Source: Octopus sinensis (lineage: Eukaryota). Taken from it: a stretch of DNA of 64,000 bases. The notes beneath the pieces were generated by a model. That model saw only the letters and a list, made by a program, of their open reading frames with translations. It had not been told where the DNA came from and did not search any database. This document shows, piece by piece, positions 52,731 through 64,000 of this stretch. The translations under genes were made by a program, and so were the position numbers. Where the stretch lies: the NCBI RefSeq assembly GCF_006345805.1, contig NC_043007.1:71796001-71860000 (forward strand), written 5' to 3'. Position 1 is the stretch's first letter, and the number at the start of each line of letters is the position of its first letter.

Positions 52731-55099
52731 TATTTGTTAAATGTTCCAACTCTTCCTCAAATCTCTTTTCCCATTATATACAACCAGAAATATAAAACAG
52801 AAGGCCAATAGCAAAAAAAATAATCGCAAACAGAAGCTAAAAATCATCTTGACTCAATCCATTTCTTTCCTCCAGCCTGTAAATCTCATACCTTTTCTAA
52901 TCCTCTACATCATATAAACATGCATCCTATCATTTATATCACTGTCACCAAAGTCTCTTTCTCTCATTCATTTCTCTTGCTTCCCTCATTTCATATCTCA
53001 GTTTCACAGTACAATGCTGTCAGTGTAACGAAGGATCCCACTGGATCTCTCTCTTCTGTTCACTATTCATTGCCTTGCTTCACCCATACCAATTGATCAT
53101 CCCTCATTCCCTCCTCAATTTCACTGTACAATATTTCTAAGATTAAAGATGACAATGGATCTCGCTTCTCTTCGCCCTCCATTACACCTGCTGCAATTAA
53201 TGATACCATTACAGCTGGTCTGAGCCACTCACTGGTACAGGATTCACCTACCTTCCCTCCATTTCCTTAGTCACCATCCTCATCATCTCAAAGGCTATAT
53301 ATAGGGAGTTATATTGGACCACTTCTACCCTGTACACACATCTTTCATCCTCCCCTCTTCTTATACTGCCTGTCACTAACCCCACTGCACTCTGTCATCA
53401 TACTCTTGACCCTGACCCCCACCACATATCTTGGATCTGTCATCACTATGTCCTAAGCCACATAGCACTTTGTCATTGACTTGCCATCCCAGCCACATTA
53501 CCTTCAATATATCTCAGATTACTTAATGCTCCTATCACTCAACCCTCTTATAATTATCATTTATACTTCTCACTCTGTAAAAATACTGGCAAGCAGGCAG
53601 AAACAAAGGGCTGTTAGATCTTTTTAGTCAAGATGGGACATGGCTACCTCTATAATACTGGTGTTGTGAGAAATGCACTCAGTACAGTGTGAAACATGTG
53701 AGGTTGAGAGGGTCATATAGTATTGTTGAGGAACTGCTACCTCTCTAGTGCTGGTGGCCCCCCACAAGTTATCTAGTGAAGTGGTTAGTGTTAGGAAGGG
53801 CACATAGGCATAGAAACTATGCCCAAAATGAAATACAATTAAGACAAGGACCTGTCAAGGTAAGCAGTACTCCCTAATATCAGTTGACTCTTATGATAAC
53901 CTGTCAAACCTACATCGTGCCAATCAAGGTGCTTCTACTAAAAATAATAACCAAAGAGCGACCTCTCATTTTATAGAAATCAGAAGTGTTTTTCAGCCTT
54001 TTCAATGACTCACACTACCAAGAAATATTTGATTAATTTTCACACCTCTACAAAAATAATAGCACATTTGAAGATGAAAAAGCCAATTGTCTAACAACTA
54101 GTTTTATTTTTTCTTTAATTGAACCACAAACATTAATAATGTGAGGGAACAAAATGAACTTGAGAATGTGAATAAAATATAAATGTAAAATTGAGTAATT
54201 AAAGAAAAACCATGAACATTGAAATCACATTTCTGAATATAAATTCAATGACTTCTTTGGTCCTGCTTCTCATTGAAGGTTTTACCAAAATATGGAACTT
54301 TTCAGCTGGCCCACAGCTTTGTCTGTGGATTCAAGCAATTCCTAGGTTTTATCTTGATTGACAAAAGAGAACTGGAACCGGATTTACACTAATATATCAT
54401 AGTAAACAGAATGAAGACACAGTTCTTAGATATAAACTCATGAAGGTCAATAAATCTACACAGAATTAGAATCATTTAGTTTTGATTGTGTTTAAACAGA
54501 ATAAGGTTATTTTTAAGAGCCAGTTTATTTTATTCTGAAAAATGATTTTAACAGAGTCTATACTTACCCTCTTTGTGGTATCCCTTGAAATGTTATCTTG
54601 CACCCCACAGTGGGAACCCCTGCTTTAGATAGTTCTACAAACCCCACCAAAAACAGTATGGTCAAGGCTAGAGTATTTCAACATGTAGGTCTGGTGGATT
54701 AGAGTTGACAACATCAACATCATAAAAACACTATCTCTCCCATTCCTTTGAGACAAATATAAACACTTCCAGACACACAAAACCAGCAGCAAAATCATTA
54801 ATACCCACCACTGCCACCATCATCCCTCTAAACTGGGGTGCTCACCTCCAACGAGAAGTATGAAGGAACTGTTATACTCTGGTCAAGTTCACATTGACTG
54901 CTTCTGCTGTGACCACCAACAAAAGCTTCAAATTGTCTCTTATGATATAATGAGGGTACTATTATGCAGTTCCTTAAGCTCCTAAAAATAGCAACCAAAT
55001 TTTCCTCTCTAATTACAACTGTCAATCATAAAAGAAAGGACACCTTGGATAGAGAAGTCCAAAGTACAGTCTGCAAAGCTGTAATGGTCATAGTTGGAT

Positions 55100-55560
55100 T
55101 GCCTGCAATCATAGATCTATTCGTGCTTACAGAATCCAAATAGGACAAACCCTTCACCTATTAAACATAAAATGACTAGCAGAGAGCCTTTATTCTCAAA
55201 TACTCAGCTGCAAAACCTCACTATCTTACTTCTTTAATTTCTCATGATCCAAAAGTAACTGGAAGTCTGGAAGCCTGCAATTCTGTTGCCAATTCTTAAA
55301 ATTAAAGTAATCTCATTAGTACAACTCATTTATGGCTAACTGATTTCTCTTTGAACAATATTAAATGTGCTACAATACATTTATATGATGACCGTCCCAT
55401 GGAATCTATATTTATAAGAATGGTCCCTCACCCCAGAATTTTATTGAAAGTAGAGTAACTTATCTCAGAATTAACAACACTTTCAATTGAGTTCAATATC
55501 TAAATCTGACAGTAGAACCCTAACAGCATGGATTAACAGATTCCTTACTGGTCTTTGAAT
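55100..55560 (+). mobile_element. Possible highly decayed CR1-type RT remnant
   Basis: Weak motifs WKPAILLPILK and SRTLTAWINRFLTG. Confidence 0.3.
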
Positions 55561-57496
55561 CACAACAGATAGAACTTGAGTATTTTCTTACAACCCCATC
55601 AAATCTATCAAATCAGGAATCACTAAATCTGTAAGGAAAAATATCACAAACTACAATTTAACTTCTTTGTGTCATTTCTTTAACATTTCCATCATTACTA
55701 AAACTGATGTTGTGTCTCTTACATATAACAACAAACATAAAACATATTTAGAATGTCTTGCCGTTAACTTAACTCAAAGTACTTCAAGAATATATGAACT
55801 CATGACCCATGGGTTAGTAACCAAATATCTAATTTACCTAGCTACATCACAACCTGTACTGAACCAATACTCCACACAAAATTATTTTAAAAGCCAAAAA
55901 ACTGAAAGAAGCAATATTGGAAAAATAAAAAAAGAACCTTAATTATATAAAAAAAAATAAAACATAATTATGAGCAATGAGATTTTATTAGCAGGAAGGA
56001 CTGATTATAGTTGTGACTAAAGACAACAACAAAAATGAGGGATGGGGTTATTTAATATCGATTTCATTTAACGAGGAACAATGCCTACATTGATAGGGAA
56101 AGGATATTGCCATTTAAATAAACCCAGAATATCACTGGTAGTTAATTTATCAATTTCAATTTGATGAAATGTAAAGTCAACCATAACAGGATTTGAATTC
56201 AAAACAGTGGCAGATAGATGTCACATAGATTTGTTTTTCTAATGTAGGCACAACATCAGGTTTAGAATACAGGAGCAAAACATTGTAGGATGATGTCCAG
56301 GTCTTTGTCAGGGACATGTGGAAGTGAAATGTCACAAGTGGAAAACAAAACTAGGTTGTACTTATCTCAAGACCGTGCCTTGTTTGAAAACAGCATTTTG
56401 TTTTGTTTTCAATAACAAAATAGTTTAGTCCAGCCAGTAGATGGGAGCCTGTCCCTTGAAATGCTCAAACAGCAACCCAATCTACTTCAATAAATACCCT
56501 AGAACAGGGACCAGATTTGTTTTACTTCTTTAATCCTTACAGGCATGACCCTTAATAATTATGGAATGGCCACAATTAGAATGCCAAATTCATTGTTGGA
56601 GATCAACCCCAACCAACACAGACAGCTGGTAGCTGCATATCTCAGATGAAGGACTTTTAGCTTAATAGCAATGCATTCAGCAGGGTACTTTTGAAACATA
56701 GGGGTCTAGTCATACAAAGCTGACTGGATCTACACAACAATGACGACACAACTTAGTTACCATTTTTTCTTCAATATATTGTATTTTACACCAGAAGGGA
56801 ACCTTAAAACAAAAATCCAATGTAAAATTATACAAAATCATTCAGAAAATTAGGGCAGTTTAGTGAACTTGTAAACTATATAGATGTGTGTAATTTTAGA
56901 ACTGCCAAGGGTCAAAGGCTAACTTACTTTATATACTAAATATTATTATCATTATTATTATTACTATTATTATTGATAGTGATTTAAGTTTTAGTTCCAG
57001 GAAATATTTATTAGAATATTTAGAAAGACTGGATGTGCAATGACATGAAATTCTAAATAATTTAGAATTCATACTGATACATACAGAAATAAACAAACAA
57101 CAATAACAATTTCTTGTTAATCTGTTAAACCAACTTATTCAGGGGACTCAGTACAATAGTTGTACAAATTTTAACTCTAGAGAAAGGTTAAAACCAGCTC
57201 CAACATGACTTCAATTGTGAAGTCTCTTACTAAATAAATCTATAACATTTACAGAAAGGATAACAGAAATAGGTTGGCAATAATAAGGTTTTTTCCTTTT
57301 TTTTTTAACTTTGCTATAGAACCCCCAAAAAATGTGTGATGAAAATTACGTTTCTAGCTTTTATTTTATCATCTCCAAATGGAAAGAAACCAAATTGACC
57401 TGTCAGGATTTCATTTTAAGAATATAAAGGGATATAACTAAATATTGTTAAGCACTTAACTTGGTATCCAAACACAGTTCACTGCCCACAATAATA

Positions 57497-59350
57497 ATGG
57501 TTTCAAATTTTGGCAAAAAGCCAGCAAATTTGGGTGCGGGAGGGTAAGTCAATCACCTCAACCCCAGTACTCAACTGGTACTTATTTTACCAACCCCAAA
57601 AGGATGAAAGGCAAAGTCAACCTCAGCGGAATTTGAACTCAGAACACGTAGACAGATGAAATGTCACAAAGCATCTTTGTCTGGGGTGCTAACGATTCTA
57701 CCACCTCACTGCCTTAACTGCCAACAACAATAATAATATTATTATTATTCTTTCAAATTTTGGCACAAGGCCAGCAAATTTGGGTGCAGGAGGGTAAGTC
57801 AATCACCTCAACCCCAGTACTCAACTGGTACTTATTTTACCAACCCCAAAAGGATGAAAGGCAAAGTCAACCTCAACGGAATTTGAACTCAGAACACGAA
57901 GACAGATGAAATGTCACAAAGCATCTTTGTCTGGGGTGCTAACGATTCTACCACCTCACTGCCAACAATAATAATGATTATTATTATTATTCTTTCAAAT
58001 TTTGGCACAAGGCTAGCAAATATGAGGGGAAGAGAAAGTTGATTACATAGATCCCAGTGCACAACTGGTACTTAGTTTATCAACTATGAAAGATGAAAGT
58101 CAACCACACAGGATTCTGAACTCAGAATGTAGAGTTGGAAGAAATGCCACTAATAATAATAATAATAATCATTCTTACATGAGTACAAGGCCACAAATTT
58201 TAAGAGGACATATACACTTAGTTAAACTGACCCCAATACAAGCCTGGCCTCGTAGTAATTTTAGTTTTGTTCCACAAGATTTGGATAGGGAGAACTAAAT
58301 CAATGCTTCATTCAATCCAGCACTTCATTACTTCTGCTACGACATCAATTTAATAATAATTGGTTCGCACACAGGTAGATGGCCAGAAATTTCTTTGGGG
58401 AGGGGGAGTTGATTAGCTTGACCCCACTCTACCGAACTTCGTTGGTATTTCGCTGACATGGAAAGGTCAAAAGGTTGACTGCAGTGTGATTTAAATTCAG
58501 AATGCGTACCACTAGGCTTCTTGTCCAGTGCTTTAATAATAATAATAAATTTCTGATTTAGGTACAAGGCCAGCAATTTTGTAGGGAGGGAATCAGGCGA
58601 TATCTCATCAGCCCAAGTATTAGACTGTTACTTTATTTCATCGGTCTCCCAAAAGGATGAAAATTAAGCTGACCCTGTTGGAATTTTAATTCAGAACATA
58701 AAGAGTCAGAACAAATACTGCAAGGCAGAGGGCCCAAAGCTTTAACAATTCTTATTAAAATAATAATAAAATAATAATGATGGTTTCTGATTTAGGCAAA
58801 AAGTCAGAAGGTTAGAAGAGAGGGGTTAGTTGATTACGTTGATCCTAGTACCACTCTGGTACTTTATTTTATCAACTAAAAATAGGGATGGAACTTAATG
58901 ATAATAATAATCCTTTCTACTATAGGCACAAAGCCTGAAATTTGGTGGGGAAGGGACTAGTCAATTACATCAACCCCTGTGCTCAACTGATACTTAATTT
59001 ATTGATCCCACAAAAGATGAAAGGCGAAATCAACCTTGGCGGAATTTGAACTCAGAATGTCAAAGCAGACAAAATGCCACTAAGCATTTTGCCTGACATG
59101 CTAACAATTCTGCCAGCTTGCCACCTAATATCAATAATAATGATTTCAAATTTTGGCACAAGGCCAGCAACTTTGGGGGTAGGGCAAGTGGATTACATCG
59201 ACACCAGCACTCAAATGGTACTTATTTTATTGACCCCGAAAGGATGACAGGCAAAAGTGACCTTGATGGAATTTGAACTTAGAACATGAAGACGGACGAA
59301 ATACAGCTAAGCATTTCATCCAGCATGTTAACGATTCTGCCACCTCACCT
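57497..59350 (-). mobile_element. Array of about 9 full or partial SINE family A copies with (AAT)n spacers
   Basis: All in the same orientation; 57501-57713 and 57751-57963 differ at about 5 positions. Confidence 0.9.
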
Positions 59351-59549
59351 TAGAAATAATAATAATAATAATAATAAAAGTGTTGTAGTTTGCTTGAAAC
59401 ATTGTAGTACAGAAGTAGAATAATAAATAAAAATGGAAATGAATAAAGTTTCTAACAATGCACTGTTAGAAGCTTTCTTCATTTCCCTTTTCACTTATTA
59501 TTATTATTATTATTATTCTTATTATTATTGTTGTTATTATTATTATCGC

Positions 59550-60020
59550 TGAGTGAGAGAGCAGTGCATGCCATCAAAGTGACACTGGGGTACAAATATA
59601 TGAAGCCCAATATACCGATCATGACTACCGTTCTGATAAGGGTGCAACAAGCACATGCATCACAACCATATGTGCACAACATGGTGATCTCGTATCAAGA
59701 TAAACAGTGTGTGATCTTGCAGGTGGAGGTCCACTTAGAATTTTCTTCAGGTCAAGTAGACCATCCCACTAAAAAAGGTCACTGAATAAAGGTTGTTTAA
59801 GGATGATGAACGAAACACCCACGTTTCCAGAGGTAAATTATTCAAACCCCAAAGAATTTCTCTCAACACATGACTATGATGCTCCCACACTACTTCTGCT
59901 CGTGATCAGAGATGCACATATAGTCAGCCACTAGTTAAGGTCAAAAAACTCACAAGCAGATCTGTGGTATTGAGCAGAATATTTGCTGTAGCCCATCTTT
60001 TATACCAAGACAAAACATTA
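59550..60020 (-). repeat. (TTA)n-embedded repeat, copy 3, about 335 bp past the ZFYVE1 stop
   Basis: Same family and same flanks as copies 1 and 2. Confidence 0.9.
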
Positions 60021-60354
60021 TTATCATTATAATAATTATTATTAGGATTATTCTTATTATTATTATTCAAAATATTGTTGAAATGGCCACCTAAGATTTG
60101 AGAAAAATTAGAATATTTGAGAAATATTTCAAAATTTGTCCCAGAAAGCTTTCAGAGTTCTTTGTTGTTAATGCAATGTTCGACTGAGTTGAAGAATGCG
60201 TCAATGTCTGTGTCGTGATACAGCAGTGGTCAGTATAAGACAATCAGGGATGATTTCAACTTGAAAGAGTCGTTTATGAAGAAAAGGCCACAGTTAGTGT
60301 CATGTCGTTTCTAAATGAATGTCTTGATTGAATTCTTCTGGTTATGTAGTTCTG

Positions 60355-60593
60355 TTAACATAGATTAGCAGAGCTGTTTCCCTCGCAGCTTTGACACACT
60401 CTAACAGGATAGTCCCAACCTCGATGTGGTACAGAGTACTTGTTTGGAGAGCATTTGTGGCAAACCACCTTACCACAGTCACGGCAATGGTGTTTAGATA
60501 CTTTAGGACCAAATTCTGTATTACACACTGCACATTGTGTTACTGTTTCATCAGGAATCCAATATGCTGGACGTACACTGTCTTTGATAATTC
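60355..60593 (-). CDS. ZFYVE1: ZFYVE1/DFCP1 last coding exon, C-terminal FYVE zinc finger: (G)IIKDSVRPAYWIPDETVTQCAVCNTEFGPKVSKHHCRDCGKVVCHKCSPNKYSVPHRGWDYPVRVCQSCEGNSSANLC*
   Basis: WxPD, CxxC, SKHHCRxCG and RVC motifs; RPAYW.PD and RGWD.PVRVC are typical of ZFYVE1. Acceptor tttacttttattgtag|GA; stop TAA at 60357-60355. Confidence 0.93.
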
Positions 60594-60714
60594 CTACAAT
60601 AAAAGTAAATAAATAAATGAATAAAATAAATAACAATTGCAGCGTGGAAGGTGTTTGTAAGTCATTTAAGAAACACACAAAAGCCGTTCGATTCACTTCA
60701 ACATTTAAGTTTAA

Positions 60715-60764
60715 TTTGTCAAAACATTTTCGTCGCTAAAATCTGCGACCTGTTCACTGACAAA
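60715..60764 (-). ncRNA. Minimal type-I hammerhead ribozyme, G3-C8 core variant (left arm, ZFYVE1 sense strand)
   Basis: Minus strand reads TTTGTCA-GTGAACA-G-GTCGC-agatttta-GCGAC-GAA-AATGTT-T-TGACAAA. Confidence 0.65.
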
Positions 60765-60785
60765 AATCTGTGCTGCATACGGATT

Positions 60786-60836
60786 TTTGTCAGTGAACAG
60801 GTCGCGGTCTTATAGCGACGAAAATATTTTGACAAA
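60786..60836 (+). ncRNA. Minimal type-I hammerhead ribozyme, G3-C8 core variant (right arm of foldback)
   Basis: Stem I TTTGTCA (60786-92)/TGACAAA (60830-36); core GTGAACA+G; stem II GTCGC-ggtcttata-GCGAC; GAA; palindromic stem III AATATT; UH site after 60829. Confidence 0.7.
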
Positions 60837-61055
60837 TTAAACTTATATGTTGAAGTGAATCGAACGGCTTTTGTGTGTTTCTTAAATGGCTTACAAATAC
60901 CTTCCACGCTGCAATTGTTTTCGTTCCAGCACACGATCTCAGATCAAATCACTTGCTATGCAAGTACATCTCTAAAAATAAATAAATAGGATCAATATAT
61001 TTAATTCACAAAACTTACACATATATACATACATATCTATATCTCCCTATACACA

Positions 61056-62311
61056 CAGGGGTTGGACAAAATAATGGAAACACCCAGCATCATAGCATCA
61101 TAATTTTGAAATATCTATTAAACTGTCAAACACTTGTTTATTTTTATGTTTTTGATTTATTATTACTGTTGCTTAATGTTTTGCTAAAATTGCTGTTTCT
61201 TTTCAGATATCATCAGAAAAAAGTAATTAAAATTCATTAAAATGACAGATCCATCGGACTTCTAAAGATGTCAAATTGTTGGTGCTTGTATGGCAGGTGC
61301 TAGCGTAACGGAAACAGCCGAAATGTTTGGTGTATGAAGAAGTACTGTCTTGAAAGTAATGACACCATGATGAAAGAGAGAAAAACCTCTTCATTAAAAC
61401 AAACCTCCAGAAGAAAACCAAAACTTTCAGATAGGGACCGTCAGAGTCATGTGAATTGTTAAAAAGATCACGAAATTACAGCTCTCAAAATTACTGCAGA
61501 ACTTAATGACCACCTCGAGAACCCAGTTTTCACAAAAACTGTTCGCCAGGAGCTGAACAAAACTGGATTTCACGAGAGGGCTGCAATCAGAAAACCACTA
61601 CTTTTAAAAACAAATGTTGCAAAGCATTTAGAGTGGAATAAAAACCTACGGAATTGGTCCCTAGAGCAGTAGAATGTTATTTTCTCGGACAAGTCATCCT
61701 TTACTTTATTTCTAACCATTGGCCGAGTATACCTGTCGAGACAGCCAAAAGAAGCATTTGACCCAGACTGCCTTCTTCCAACTGTTAAACATGGTGAAAG
61801 ATCTGTGATGATCTGGGTGGGGGGGGGGGCTATATCTTGGAAATCTGCTGGCCCAATGGTTTCCCTTCATGGCAGAATTAATAGTCAAGACTAAGCATTT
61901 TATATGATCAAATTCATCCTATGGTTGTGGAACTGTTTCCAGAGGGAAACAATCTTTCAGGACCAATTCACACAGCTAAAGTTGTTACTGAATGGCACAA
62001 GGAACATTCTAGTGAAGTTAGACATCTTATCTGGCCACCACAGTCCCCAGATCTCAATATTATTTAACATTTATGGTGTATCTTAGAAAAACAAATAAGG
62101 AGTCGATATCCTCCACCATCATCACTACAAGAACTGGAGACTGTTTTAGCTGAAGAATGGACAAAAATTCCTTTGGAAACAATTCAAACTTTGTACAAGT
62201 CCATACCTCATAGGATTCAAGCTGTAATTACTGCCAAAGACAGTCCTACCCAATATTAAAATAAATTTGCTTGAAATTTTAAGGTGTTTCCATTATTTTG
62301 TCCAACTTCTG
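61056..62311 (+). mobile_element. Tc1-family DNA transposon, near full length, decayed transposase
   Basis: TIRs CAGGGGTTGGACAAAATAATGGAAACACC / GGTGTTTCCATTATTTTGTCCAACTTCTG followed by TA. From ATG 61242: MTDPSDF*RCQIVGACMAGASVTETAEMFGV, then VIFSDKSSFTLF, KHGERSVMIW and WPPQSPDLNII*HLW, with stops and frameshifts. Confidence 0.92.
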
Positions 62312-62588
62312 TATATATGTATATCATGTGACCATGTGGCCGACAAGACTATCAGATGTTGTCACACGTCAGTCACAATGCACTTTGCATCATTCTAGCC
62401 GTCAAATGACATCAACCTGTAGGCTAGGCAAGCAGGCCAACATTTGCCCTGATCAAAAAGGGTACTGGAGAAACATGAATTGAAGTGCTTTTCTCAGGGA
62501 CACAACACACTGCCTAGTCTGGGAATCAAACACACAATCTAGCAATCATGAGTGCAACAGCTTTAACCACAAAGCCACGTGCCTTCAC

Positions 62589-62615
<27 letters not shown>

Positions 62616-62625
<10 letters not shown>

Positions 62626-62830
62626 GAAAAGAAGGTAGTCAAGATTTGGATAAAAACTATTTAATTAGTGCTTTAATCCCTTTCAGGGGTTTGTCATGAA
62701 TGATTTCTTATAAAAGAAAATGCATACCTTTTACATAAGAAATCATTTATGCTGAGTCCTTGAAAGGGACACAAGTACTAAATAAATAGTTTTTATCCAA
62801 ATCCTGATTACCTTAATTTTCTTAATATAT
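62616..62830. repeat. Imperfect foldback palindrome flanked by (TA)n, carrying a degenerate hammerhead-like motif
   Basis: 62616-62711 is roughly 85% identical to the reverse complement of 62735-62830. Confidence 0.9.
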
Positions 62831-63289
62831 AAAATCTGTACACCACTTCAAACAATCTACATTATATATGTATATACATTCAGGGATTACACTGTATAAT
62901 AACGATATGTTACATAGTCACAGGCTGATAAGTTTTTTAGGGGTGTTGTACGAAAAAAGTGAAACAGCCATGGCCTGTGGCAGATAGCTTTGTAAATTTA
63001 ACATGAAGTAAAGTTTTATTTGAAATAGAATTTTATGCACAATTTCTGTTTTGCAAAATAATTTTTGATTATTATTTTAATTCTTGCGAATAAGCACTTT
63101 ATAAAGTATAGGCATATCATTAAGTGATATTCATGTTTTTCTGGAGAATATCAGCAATGTAAGTGAAGGAGATACATTTCCATCTGTAATCAAAAACAGT
63201 TTATACGTGGCAGCTGATCTTTTCTTAAACATAATTCTCATTCTACAACACATTTCAATTTAAAATAGATTTTTAAAAAATTGATTTAA

Positions 63290-63509
63290 CCCTTTAGCAT
63301 TTAGATTACTCTGTCAAATGTAATTCATATGTATTCACATTGCTTTGAATTAATCATGCATTAGTTTGTAGGTTTGAGGTTTTGACAATGTGATTGTTTA
63401 TTTTTAGAATGACATTGTAGGATAGGTGTGAGAGGGTACATCTGCTTATTTTGAATATAAAACAGGTAGAATATTTTGGGCCAGATGTGGCCAGTTTAAA
63501 TGCTAAATG
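63290..63509. mobile_element. piggyBac-type MITE
   Basis: TTAA|CCCTTTAGCATT...AATGCTAAATG|TTAA; a partial related copy lies at about 48933-49040. Confidence 0.75.
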
Positions 63510-63683
63510 TTAAACATTTATAGAATAAGAGATTAGTGTTTTTGAAAGAATTAAATAAATAAAAGTTTGGTACTGCTAAAGACTCTACAATTAAAAGAGA
63601 ATGAAGTTGCTACAATAATTCTACAAAACATTTTTGCTAACTAAAAAAACATTGGATGACCAAAATATGCAGATTACTCTTAC

Positions 63684-63803
63684 CTAACGGATAATCAACA
63701 ATGGAAGCTACTGCTCCAATAGTACTTCCCAAAACTTCACCAACTTTACGTGCGGTCACTGGTGTTGAGTGAGATGGACTTGTTGATGGTTTGTGATTGG
63801 TAA
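63684..63803 (-). CDS. ZFYVE1: ZFYVE1/DFCP1 penultimate coding exon (120 nt, phase 1-1): TNHKPSTSPSHSTPVTARKVGEVLGSTIGAVASIVDYPL(G)
   Basis: ARKVGE..G.....D.PLG matches the inter-FYVE segment of ZFYVE1. Acceptor ttattttcttttcag| and donor TTAG|gtaaga; splices in frame to the next exon. Confidence 0.9.
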
Positions 63804-64000
63804 CTGAAAAGAAAATAAGCAGTAACTTGAAACTGAGATTCAATAAATTGAATATTGAAGAGATTGCAACCAGGACACACATAAGGAAAATTAAGGAACT
63901 TCAAATAGAAACTGATGCTGAACTCCTTCCATGAAGTATTGAAAAATATTGCCAAACACAATTTAAAAAAAATATATACCAGTTCACTGAGAAGGTTGTG

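Larger units (their letters stand above)
60632..60919. repeat. 288-bp foldback palindrome (arms about 137 bp, 13-nt spacer) in last ZFYVE1 intron
   Basis: 60632-60768 is the reverse complement of 60782-60919, with 4 scattered substitutions plus a divergent 8/9-nt stem-II loop. Confidence 0.97.

Noticed and set aside
54560-54590. Perfect minus-strand donor AGG|GTAAGT
   Set aside because: Only about 16 nt to the nearest acceptor, which abuts transposon-end-like sequence; no credible exon.
57497-59350. CRISPR-like repeat-spacer appearance
   Set aside because: Units are about 200-bp SINE copies with microsatellite spacers in eukaryotic DNA.
63961-64000. Possible further ZFYVE1 exon ending CTG|GTATAT at 63980
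   Set aside because: The phase-1 frame needed to join the 63803 exon contains TGA; too little sequence to evaluate.

Overview
AT-rich, microsatellite-dense eukaryotic genomic DNA. The SINE families and repeat landscape suggest a cephalopod, probably an octopus; this is an inference. The only confidently identified gene is the 3' end of ZFYVE1/DFCP1 on the minus strand: exons 63684-63803 and 60355-60593 splice in frame and encode the C-terminal FYVE domain. The rest is mainly decayed mobile DNA: several tRNA-derived SINE families, RTE, CR1/L2 and Dong/R4 LINE remnants, four Penelope-like (GIY-YIG) remnants, one Tc1, two mariners, Helitron-type and piggyBac-type non-autonomous elements, and MITEs. 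A CpG-rich promoter-like island with a possible first exon lies at about 33.2-33.6 kb. The most notable observation is a 288-bp foldback in the last ZFYVE1 intron. Each arm carries a complete minimal type-I hammerhead ribozyme with a compensatory G3-C8 core and a palindromic stem III, one per strand. Related whole or half hammerhead relics recur in other palindromes and near the Penelope-like remnants. Also notable are a 53-bp perfect inverted templated insertion inside a SINE, a 159-bp duplication abutting a one-ended MITE, and a SINE array just downstream of ZFYVE1. Nearly all ORFs in the supplied track are microsatellite artefacts. All alignments were made by eye, so element boundaries are approximate unless termini are quoted.
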